A stretch of 64,000 nucleotides of DNA from Eledone cirrhosa (taxonomy: Eukaryota): contig OZ024740.1 in NCBI GenBank assembly GCA_964016885.1, positions 414,656,001-414,720,000 on the forward strand, given 5' to 3'. A program made the translations under genes and the position numbers. The notes under the pieces are model-generated. The model worked only from the letters and a program-made list of their open reading frames with translations, had not been told where the DNA came from and did no database searches. Shown in pieces: positions 1 through 11,973 of the stretch (within the stretch, counting starts at the first letter, position 1; the number at the start of each line of letters is the position of its first letter).

Positions 1-487
1 GCAACATTACTAGAATAAGATCCAGCAAAACCAACACCAATGCGTGAGCGCACAGGGGGTTCAACTTGTCTCCTAGAGGTATTATATTTGCTATTACGAG
101 TCCGGTGGGATAACTTATGGGTGGGTTCAGATACTCCTATATAAGTTCTACGGTTACTATATTTGCTACTCCCATTTATGGCCATGTTATGTGATATAAT
201 GTTATTATTATTAAGAGTAAGCGGAGACTTTCTAAGGTTACTATTATTATAATTTATTTTACTAGAGTGACCTGAATTTGCTAGGGCATTATTGTAGTAC
301 TCCGCATGTTCATTAAATGTTCCTGTGTCCTTAGATAGTGTGGAAATCCTATTAGATACGCCCTTAATTATAGAGTTTATCATAGAATTAGGGTGGTTAG
401 AGTTGGGGCTAACATAAGAAAGAATTTCATTAGGCTTATGGAAGGGTTTAAAACTATTAGTGGCCAAGTCCAAAGTCACATCTAAAT

Positions 488-1213
<726 letters not shown>

Positions 1214-1590
1214 TCAGCATATATTATAAGATCAATTGCCTGCTTCAACTGCATGACCCTGCAAATATCATTCTGACGCACTCTAATCATGTATAGATAA
1301 GACAAGCGTGCATGCTACACGGGAGATTGCTTCATGCACTGACTACTCTAAGCTTTCCTCTTGCTTTATCTTCATAGACTGCCAACGCTTCATGTTTATC
1401 TTTATTTTCACTCTTGCTTTTATTTTATTTTATTTTTATCATGTAACACTTTATTTTTATCATGTAACACTTTATATGTAAATTGCCATGCTATTTCATT
1501 TGATGAATGTCACTCCACTGTTGATCAATATGCGCATATGTTTTATGTGTCTCTTGGGTTGAAAAGGAGGTCAAGTATGTTATAAATAAC

Positions 1591-1637
1591 TGCTCCGAAG
1601 AATCCAAACCTCGGTTTGGAGGAAACAATTGTAAGCA
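1591..1637 (+). ncRNA. Minimal type I hammerhead ribozyme, U4C variant core (CCGAAGA...GAAA)
   Basis: Stem I tgct/agca; core CCGAAGA; stem II tccaaac-ctcg-gtttgga; GAAA; palindromic stem III acaattgt; cleavage triplet GUA. Confidence 0.7.
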
Positions 1638-1676
1638 AATAAATGACTTAAACTGAACTTTGATTACTGTAATCTC

Positions 1677-1777
1677 TATATATATATATACATATATATA
1701 TACATATATATATATATACATATATATATATACATATATATATATATACATATATATATATACATATATATATATAC

Positions 1778-1810
<33 letters not shown>

Positions 1811-1811
1811 C

Positions 1812-1870
<59 letters not shown>

Positions 1871-1899
1871 CATATATATATATACATATATATATATAC

Positions 1900-1946
<47 letters not shown>

Positions 1947-1981
1947 CATATATATACATATATATATATACATATATATAT

Positions 1982-2013
<32 letters not shown>
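1677..2013. repeat. (TA)n/(TACA) microsatellite
   Basis: Directly visible. Confidence 0.98.
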
Positions 2014-2014
<1 letters not shown>

Positions 2015-2198
2015 TATTGTTATACTTTGGGAGGGTCATGTTGCCAATAAGAAACACACGCACCAGTTGCTTTCACTTCAATTTAATTTCAATATATACA
2101 TGTAAATTTATAAATATATATTAAATTAAATTGAAGTGAAAGCAACTGGTGCGTGTGTTTCTTATTGGCAACATGACCCTCCCAAAGTATAACAATAT
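2014..2198. repeat. Perfect inverted repeat (foldback), ~76-bp arms and ~33-bp AT spacer; unique sequence continues to ~2252
   Basis: 2014-2089 (atattgttatactttgggagggtcatg...cttcaatttaattt) is the reverse complement of 2123-2198. Confidence 0.95.
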
Positions 2199-2252
2199 CG
2201 GTTTCAACACACGATTTCAGATAAAGAATCTTGCTAAACAAATTCAGAAACG

Positions 2253-3525
<1,273 letters not shown>

Positions 3526-3612
3526 TAACTTTGAATAACTTTGAAATGTTTTGGCCAGTATTGGCCCAGGCCATGTCTAACTTAATAGCACCACCTGGCG
3601 AAGTCTTTCAAT

Positions 3613-6600
3613 TCAGGATTTGGGCACCATGGCCCATTCGAGAAGAGAATTACTGTTTGCGGAGACATATCCGGGTGTGGGTGGTTTGTCCGGGATTACT
3701 TGGAGGAATTTGTCCAAAGACTTCTTGAATTTTGTGTGGTCAGTTTCTGTTTTGACGTGTCCTGGTGTGATGTTGAAGAGAGCAGGGCCGATTGAGGTGA
3801 AATAATTGTGCCGTATTGTTGTTATGAGTTGCGATTTAGATTTTTGAATGGGACGGATAGCACGGGGCCCAAGCCTTGGGTGTATCTTGAAGGCGATGCC
3901 AACATCATTTGGGCAGTGATGATGGAACATTTTCCACATCATGCAGATAATATAACGCTCACGGCGACGTTGGAGTGAGTAAAGTTTCAGGTTTTCCAAT
4001 CGACCCCAGTAGTCAAGGTCTGACATGCCATCTATCTTTTTCGTGATTGCCCTTTGAGGAGCTTCAAGTTTCATGATACTTTGTTTCGTGTGGGGAGACC
4101 ACAGTGGACAACAGTATTCAAGGTGTGGTCGGGCGAAAGTAGAGAAGAGAAGGATAATGGTGCGGGAATCTCTCGACTGGAAGGTTCTGAGGATCCAGGA
4201 ACACATTCTGCGGGCCATGTCAACTTTGCTGCTTATATGCGTGGTCCAGCTTATGTTGCTGTCCACGGTTACTCCCAAGTCTCTGATGTTGTTAGATGCC
4301 ACGAGAGTTTCCCCGGAGGGAAGGGAGTACGGGAGTTTCAGAGCATCCTCTTTTCCAAAGTGGATCAGTTCGAATTTGTCTTCGTTCAGTAGCATGTTGT
4401 TCTTTTCTGCCCATTGGGTAACAGCCAGTAGGTCTGACTGAAGGCTTATCCGGTCATCCACGCCATTGATGACCTTTTGGAGCTTGGAATCATCAGCGAA
4501 AATTTTAATGTTGCTGTGTTTGATGATGTCAGTGATGTCATTAATATAGATGATGAAGAGAAGTGGGCCCAACACAGTGCCTTGTGGGACTCCACTACTG
4601 ACTTTGGCTGGGCTTGATTTGACTCCCTCAACTACAACATGTTGGGTTCTGTTTGACAGGAAGCTCTTGATCCACTGCAGCAGCTTTCCAGTGACACCAA
4701 TATTGGACAGCTTTCTCAGTAGAATGTTATGATCAACCCTGTCAAAGGCCTTGCTGAAATCAAGGTAGATAACATCAGTGTTGGAACCCTCTCCCAAGGC
4801 TCTCAAAATGTCATCAAAGTGATGCAGTAGTTGCGTCAGGCAATCCCTTCCATTACGGAATCCATGCTGGTTGGAGTTCAGCATATTGTTACTCTCAAGG
4901 AAGTGGGTCATTCGCGATCTCACCACTCGCTCAAATACCTTAATGATATGAGAGGTGAGTGAGATTGGACGGTAATTCACGGCAAGGGATTTGTTTCCCT
5001 TTTTGAAAACTGGGACAACAGACTGGGATAGAAGGTTTTCTGGCACATATCCAGCATCCAGTGAGTTCCGCCACAGATTGGCAAGAGGAGAAGCAAGTTG
5101 GTGTTGACACGCCTTCAAGACACAAGCAGGGAACCTATCGGGACCTACTGCTGAATTATGCTTGATTTCCTTTATTGCCGCCAAGACATCAGGGGCGCCA
5201 AACGTTATGTCCGATAAGGTGTAATGGGGAGTAACATCGCCGATACAGCCCAGATCGGCCATATCAGGATTGCTGAAAACAGAGCAGTATTGTTTCTGCA
5301 GTATCTCACCCATGGTTTTAGCATTGTCTTGAAGAGTGCCATTTTCATCAATTAGAGGGCCAACAGTAGAGCCAGTGATTTTGTGTTTTTTTGCAAATGA
5401 AAAGAACACTTTGGGATTGAGTTTGATCTTCTCAATGGCCCAGGCCTCTTCAGCTCTTCTCTGATTGTTGATGAGGGACATTATGTTGTTTTGGAGGTTA
5501 TGTTTTTTAATCTCTAGTGATGAAATGGCAGTCAAGTTGATGTGTTGCTGCTGACAGTATTTCAGCTTGTTGATTTTTTTGTTCGTTCTCTTAATTTTTC
5601 TGATGAGTGTTTTTCTATTTCTAGGGATTCTGCTCTTAGATTTGTTTATAGTTCTTAATGGGGTGTGTTTAGCACATATGTTTGTAACAGTGTCCACAAA
5701 TGTCTGCCAGGACTTTTTGATGTTAGTGGGTGTATGAGTGTGCGTGAAGGACCAGTCGACATGTGCAAGATCATGACTGATCGCTTCCCAGTTTGCATTG
5801 TGGAAATCCATAGCGTCAAACGGATGGACAGGAGAAATGACATTGGGTTTGTATATTGGACGGTGGAATCTCAGATCACAGAGAACCATGTCATGATCAG
5901 AGAGTAGAGTTTTCTCCACTGCAATATTGTGGATATTGTCAGTGTGATTGCTGAAAATTAAGTCTAGGACGTTTTTGTGGCACCTCGTTGGTTCGAGCAC
6001 TAGTTGGGATAGGAAGAAATCATCCATGAAGTCAAGAAGCGATTCCACAGCTTCCCTGTCAGAGGTTGAGGCAGAAGAACCTGGTGGCAGGGTGTTTGTG
6101 GACCAGTCAACTCCGGGGAGGTTGAAGTCCCCCATCATTAAGATGTTGTCAGGGTGACACTCTTGGATGAAACACTTTATGCTGTTGAGGCATTCCTTGA
6201 AGCATGGTACAGGCGTTTGGGGTGGCCTATAGAGCCCAACTACTAATAGGTTGTTGGTTTGACTGAATACAGTGACTGCCTCACAGTATCCATTAGTGAA
6301 TATGTTCATAGCCTCTGTTGAGAAAGAATTATGGACATAAATGGCAGTTCCGCCCTTTCTTCTGCCAGCGCGATCAGCACGGATGGCTTTGAAATTTTTC
6401 ACTTTCACCTCGGCTTCCAAGTGGAGGTTACTGAGATGGGTTTCAGTGAGGACGAAGAAAGGGATGTGGTTTGGATGGACATCAATCCAGTCCTCCAGGA
6501 ATTTGATCTTCCATTTTTGAGTATTGGTGGAAGGGCTGATGCCTTGGGCGTTAAGCAAAAATGTAGAGGCGAGAGTGGATGGTTTTAATTGTTTTGGTGT

Positions 6601-6633
6601 GTTGTTAATTTGTTTGTTTGTTAATGGCAGCAA
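3613..6633 (-). CDS. LINE ORF2: apurinic-type endonuclease plus reverse transcriptase (1006 aa from a TTG; frame open up to 6750)
   Basis: EN motifs LLNAQG, LTETHL, GLYRPP, GDFNLP, LDLIF, SDHD; RT motifs [47 protein letters not shown]; CR1-like C-terminal [11 protein letters not shown]. Confidence 0.97.
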   Translation of the reverse strand: MLPLTNKQINNTPKQLKPSTLASTFLLNAQGISPSTNTQKWKIKFLEDWIDVHPNHIPFFVLTETHLSNLHLEAEVKVKNFKAIRADRAGRRKGGTAIYVHNSFSTEAMNIFTNGYCEAVTVFSQTNNLLVVGLYRPPQTPVPCFKECLNSIKCFIQECHPDNILMMGDFNLPGVDWSTNTLPPGSSASTSDREAVESLLDFMDDFFLSQLVLEPTRCHKNVLDLIFSNHTDNIHNIAVEKTLLSDHDMVLCDLRFHRPIYKPNVISPVHPFDAMDFHNANWEAISHDLAHVDWSFTHTHTPTNIKKSWQTFVDTVTNICAKHTPLRTINKSKSRIPRNRKTLIRKIKRTNKKINKLKYCQQQHINLTAISSLEIKKHNLQNNIMSLINNQRRAEEAWAIEKIKLNPKVFFSFAKKHKITGSTVGPLIDENGTLQDNAKTMGEILQKQYCSVFSNPDMADLGCIGDVTPHYTLSDITFGAPDVLAAIKEIKHNSAVGPDRFPACVLKACQHQLASPLANLWRNSLDAGYVPENLLSQSVVPVFKKGNKSLAVNYRPISLTSHIIKVFERVVRSRMTHFLESNNMLNSNQHGFRNGRDCLTQLLHHFDDILRALGEGSNTDVIYLDFSKAFDRVDHNILLRKLSNIGVTGKLLQWIKSFLSNRTQHVVVEGVKSSPAKVSSGVPQGTVLGPLLFIIYINDITDIIKHSNIKIFADDSKLQKVINGVDDRISLQSDLLAVTQWAEKNNMLLNEDKFELIHFGKEDALKLPYSLPSGETLVASNNIRDLGVTVDSNISWTTHISSKVDMARRMCSWILRTFQSRDSRTIILLFSTFARPHLEYCCPLWSPHTKQSIMKLEAPQRAITKKIDGMSDLDYWGRLENLKLYSLQRRRERYIICMMWKMFHHHCPNDVGIAFKIHPRLGPRAIRPIQKSKSQLITTIRHNYFTSIGPALFNITPGHVKTETDHTKFKKSLDKFLQVIPDKPPTPGYVSANSNSLLEWAMVPKS

Positions 6634-7385
6634 TGGGAGTTTGTGCAGTGGGGTGATAGTGGAGGGTGGTGCTGGGTGATAGCTCGAATGTTTTTTTCCA
6701 GTTCTTTTGCCAGATTCATTATGGCTAAAAAAGAGGAAGAAGTTTCCTGTTTAGAAGACTGTTGGTGACTGTGGTAGTGGTTATTTTTATGTAGGTTATG
6801 GTTTTTGTTTTTGCTTTTATTTTTAATTTTATTTTCATTTATCCGACGGGTCCCCGGGAGATGGGTAAAGGGACAATCCCGGTCTAAACACAATCTGTCT
6901 CGCAGGGAAAAACGGCAGATTTGTGGATTCCTTGTTTGAGTTATTGGTGGTTGTGTTGGTGTTAAATTAGAGTATGTATTATGGTGGTGGCTGTTTGTGG
7001 GGATAGATCGTTTTGTCCTAGGTAAATGGGTGAATTTGCAGCCACTATCCGTACATATTCTATAGCGTAGAGAGTAGCGGCAAATGATGGGGTTTCGAGT
7101 GGGTGGGTATGTGGGTGTGGGTGTTGTGAGAGGTGTAGATGATGGTTTGGGTAGGATTTGACGACCTTTGTGGACTGTGGGAGGGAGAGTTCTTGTTCTG
7201 GTATTAGAAGGTAAATTCCTTGACATAGCAGTAGACAAAAATGTTGTAGTAGTAGTAGTAGTAGTAGGCAGAGATGTTGGCAGTGGTGATGATTGGACTG
7301 CTGGGCCAGAGAAAGGATGTGGCGTTTCATGCTGTGAGACAGAGGCTACTGGGGGGTCAATAGTTTCATTTAGTAGATCGGCCAT
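6621..7385 (-). CDS. LINE ORF1 (C-terminal part) with two C-x8-C-x4-C-x3-H zinc fingers
   Basis: [21 protein letters not shown] and [21 protein letters not shown]. The frame stays open upstream of the ATG ([21 protein letters not shown]) to the TA junction at ~7450, so the N-terminus is probably lost. Confidence 0.8.
   Translation of the reverse strand: MADLLNETIDPPVASVSQHETPHPFSGPAVQSSPLPTSLPTTTTTTTTFLSTAMSRNLPSNTRTRTLPPTVHKGRQILPKPSSTPLTTPTPTYPPTRNPIICRYSLRYRICTDSGCKFTHLPRTKRSIPTNSHHHNTYSNLTPTQPPITQTRNPQICRFSLRDRLCLDRDCPFTHLPGTRRINENKIKNKSKNKNHNLHKNNHYHSHQQSSKQETSSSFLAIMNLAKELEKNIRAITQHHPPLSPHCTNSHCCH
6726..6732 (-). promoter_or_regulatory. Candidate -1 ribosomal frameshift slippery heptamer U_UUU_UUA (second candidate A_AAA_AAC at 6690-6696)
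   Basis: X_XXY_YYZ phased to ORF1 codons 219-220 (F-L); a -1 shift enters the ORF2 frame, whose last upstream stop (TAA 6751-6753) lies ~20 nt before the site. Confidence 0.6.
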
Positions 7386-7450
7386 TGTTGATGAATCAAG
7401 GAGTGGTTCACACTGTTGTTGTCGTTGTTGTTGTTGTTGATGCTGTTGTT

Positions 7451-8772
<1,322 letters not shown>

Positions 8773-8830
8773 ATGAAATATATGAAATATATGAAATATA
8801 AGAATCAAAGAACTGTTCAAAACATTATTG

Positions 8831-8877
8831 TGCTCACAGCTGTTTCCTCCAAACCGAGGTTTGGATTCTTCGGAGCA
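8831..8877 (-). ncRNA. Minimal type I hammerhead ribozyme motif (U4C core; position 17 = G, possibly inactive)
   Basis: Minus strand reads tgct CCGAAGA a tccaaac ctcg gtttgga g GAAA c agct gt g agca. Confidence 0.65.
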
Positions 8878-10301
8878 ATTTATTAATGCATGGACAGTTA
8901 TATGACCTCCTTTTCAGCCGAGAGACATACCGATATATATTCAAACATTGTGGGTCAACATTCATTACAGAATTTAGAGTGGCAGTACACACTTCGAGAT
9001 TACATTTATATTAAGAGGTACAATCAAAAATCAAAATACAGGTTAAAATACAACATGAAGATAAGCGGTTATATAGTGCAAATGTTATATGTGTGGCACG
9101 CATGTGCGTCTTGTTTATATAGTGTGGCAGAGAGATATGTGTGGTAGAGGCACTTAGGTAGGTAAACAAGAGTGTTAGGTTGGTAGATCTGGTGGCAAAT
9201 TCTTTATATGATTGATATAGTCTGTGTGTGGAGAAATATTATAAGCATTAAAAATAGTGCAAGCATTAAAAGTGTTAAAAGTATTGGAGATGCACAGCGC
9301 AGGGAAGTCAAGTATTTCATGTACTTCGGCATTTTCATGGTCAGGGGAGTGTATTTTTCGATTATATGCCCTTCACATAATCCACGACAATCCAGTTAGA
9401 GATCGTAGTCTGGTGTTCTTTAGTTCAATACAGGAGGCTGTTACGTTTCGAGAAACGCCATTGAATACCGCCCGGAAGTGTGTGTGTGGCTAAGGGGAGT
9501 TAATGCATGCGGGGAGGTAACTCTGGGGTTTCTATACCTAGCTATTAAAATGTGTCCCAATATAGACCCTAATTTCTATGGTGATGCGCATCCTCCAAGA
9601 GAAATTTTTAAAGCATAAAGTGTATTAACTATAGAGTAGTTTAATTAAGTTATGCTGAAGGTGATCATATTATTATGGTGGATTAACCCATCGTAAGGTG
9701 CCACAAATGGAAATTATAGATGATGAGCGAGGATTCTAAATAATGATCTCTGTGGTCATAGTCTACTCATAGGACCAGGCGCGGTGATTGCATGATTGCT
9801 TCAGGACCCAATGATCTCTGGTAAGATCTGGGTCATCGCTTGCTACGTTGGATGTCGAGAGATAATCATCCCCAGGCCGGCCAGAGGTCAATCCGCAGTC
9901 CTCGCGACCCCTCTCTGACCGTCAGATCATCCATATATGTACAACCCGCACGGCTGTTGCAATGCATTCACTCATTGTGCTCAGCAGCCCGGTCCTACTG
10001 GTCAACAGCGTTACTAGATTAAAGCATTTTTCATCTGTCTAAGGAAGGTGTTTCCTCTGCACAACACTATCCAACCAATCAATTCATGCTCAAATTACCC
10101 TTAGAGCGGTGTAGTGCCGTTCAAGTGGGTGGATGTTGTCACACCTGCCGTAGAGGTATAAATGGGTATTCACCCTGCGAAGGGTTCCAGAGGGATGTCG
10201 TTGTTTGTGTTATAATAGATCAGTTAGTGTTGGGTATGTAGTATAAGGTGTGTCTCTGGTGTTTGATGTTAGATGTGGTGTTAGGTTCCAGTCCGACATT
10301 G

Positions 10302-11441
10302 CTATATATTGGGCTTAAAGTTTTGGAAGGAATGTCTGAAGCGGTGCTGGCAAGTTGCAAACACCTCAGATTTTTTGTTAAGTAGGTTACGGTTGGAGAA
10401 GATAATATTGTGTGTCTCTAGTATACAGAGGTTACAAAATTTATTAGGTGGTTTGTACGAGGTCGCGCTGCCTATCACTTCCCATTTGAGTGTGTATGGT
10501 TTATTTTTAGATTTTAGATAGTGTATGTAGCTAGAAAGTGAGGTGGAGTTTGCTAGGCTGTGCTTTTTGAACGAGTGAATGTGCGAATTATATCTGATTT
10601 TGAAGCAGTTAGAAGTGGAGCCTACATAGGTTTCTGAAGAGTTGCTAGTTGTGACGGTGCATGAGTATATGATATCCTTGGTTAGGCATTTTTTATCTAA
10701 AGGGCAGGTTCTATTAGCTCTACAGTTACAATTATCCTGTGCGTTAGTCCGCTGGTTATAATGCAGTGCGGAAGTCTGTGTGGTAGCTATAGGATTTTGG
10801 GCGTTCGGGTTGACAACCCTGGTGTTATTACTTATACTAGTGTTATTTCTATTGTTACTGCCGTTGCTATGGTTGCTTGCTACAGTGGTATTTAGAGGGT
10901 TTGCATCCCGTTGTGATTTTGTTTGTTGGAAGTAAGAACTAATTTTACTATTATTGCTGCTAGCTATGTGGTATGCTAAGTTAGGCGTCGTAGAGTATGA
11001 GATTTTAATGGTGTTTTTGTTTAAGAGGTTGTGGTACTTGTGTCCTAGAGGGAAGTTTTTATCTAGTAGTGAGAAGAAAGCCCTAGGTATGTTGGTAGAG
11101 ACATTTAGGTTGAAAGGAGGGTTGAAAAATGTATTATTTCTTCTTCTATTTTTGCTTTTAGTGTTTGGTGTGTTGCTTCCTCCTAAGGCCCCACAGTAGT
11201 TTCCATGGTAATGGTTACTTCCTGTGGCACCCTCCGCTTTGGTGCACTTGTGGTTGCTATTCCTATTATTAGGTTTCCTCATGGACATGTTGTGCGAGAT
11301 GATGTTGTAGCTATATGTTTTCTTAGGTAGGAACTCAATTTCTATATTATGGCCGGAGCTAGCTAATGCTTGATTGTAATATTGTGAGTTTTTGCTAAAT
11401 ATGTTTGCGTCATAGGACAGACTAGAGATTCTATTGGACAC
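10302..11441 (-). CDS. PLE polyprotein C-terminal fragment: RT thumb, N-rich linker, Cys cluster and GIY-YIG endonuclease
   Basis: NRISSLS...F...Y.QAL..SG (thumb); FFNPPF; KISYSTTPN; CNCR..CPL..C; IIY...ETYVGST..FKIRYNSH; CNLC..E; LLNKKSE...C.H. Confidence 0.88.
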   Translation of the reverse strand: MSNRISSLSYDANIFSKNSQYYNQALASSGHNIEIEFLPKKTYSYNIISHNMSMRKPNNRNSNHKCTKAEGATGSNHYHGNYCGALGGSNTPNTKSKNRRRNNTFFNPPFNLNVSTNIPRAFFSLLDKNFPLGHKYHNLLNKNTIKISYSTTPNLAYHIASSNNSKISSYFQQTKSQRDANPLNTTVASNHSNGSNNRNNTSISNNTRVVNPNAQNPIATTQTSALHYNQRTNAQDNCNCRANRTCPLDKKCLTKDIIYSCTVTTSNSSETYVGSTSNCFKIRYNSHIHSFKKHSLANSTSLSSYIHYLKSKNKPYTLKWEVIGSATSYKPPNKFCNLCILETHNIIFSNRNLLNKKSEVFATCQHRFRHSFQNFKPNI

Positions 11442-11628
11442 CCCCTTGATTCTTATATTTCATATAACTGCTCTGTAAATCATCTGATGTTTTTACATTG
11501 AGCTACTTAACTTACTGGTAATAAGGTAGTAATACATTACTGCCTACCACTATTTAGGGTGTGTGTAAAATACTAATAACTGCATAAGGTTTTGTATTTA
11601 CATAACCATAAATAGTATAACTAATGCT

Positions 11629-11636
11629 ATATATAC

Positions 11637-11667
<31 letters not shown>

Positions 11668-11675
11668 CATATACA

Positions 11676-11707
<32 letters not shown>

Positions 11708-11754
11708 CATATATATATACATACATATATATATATATATATACATATATATAG

Positions 11755-11799
<45 letters not shown>

Positions 11800-11973
11800 T
11801 ATACATATATATAGATATATACATATATATAGATATATACATATATATACATATATACATATATATAGATATATATAGATATATACATATATATAGATAT
11901 ATACATATATATACATATATATACATATATATAGATATATACATATATATAGATATATACATATATACATATA
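11629..11973. repeat. (TA)n microsatellite with TACA/TAGA variants
   Basis: Directly visible. Confidence 0.97.

Larger units (their letters stand above)
3526..7450 (-). mobile_element. Young CR1/L2-group non-LTR retrotransposon (LINE), probably 5'-truncated within ORF1, embedded in (TA)n
   Basis: ORF1 plus intact APE-RT ORF2; ~85-nt 3' UTR with ggcca-atac-tggcc hairpin and terminal tandem (ttcaaagtta)2; TA tracts on both sides. Confidence 0.92.
8773..11628 (-). mobile_element. 5'-truncated Penelope-like element (copy B) with C-terminal GIY-YIG, long 3' region, HHR and an inverted tail copy at the 5' junction
   Basis: ORF 10302-11441; HHR at 8831-8877; 8788-8808 is the reverse complement of 11446-11466. 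Confidence 0.85.

Noticed and set aside
2014-2252. Hammerhead ribozyme in the first foldback
   Set aside because: No CUGANGA/CCGANGA core paired with GAAA and closing stems on either strand
9805-9840. SECIS-like AUGA hairpin in the PLE 3' region (minus strand)
   Set aside because: The 3' GA of the quartet and the apical AA are not correctly placed, and the visible ORF has no in-frame UGA
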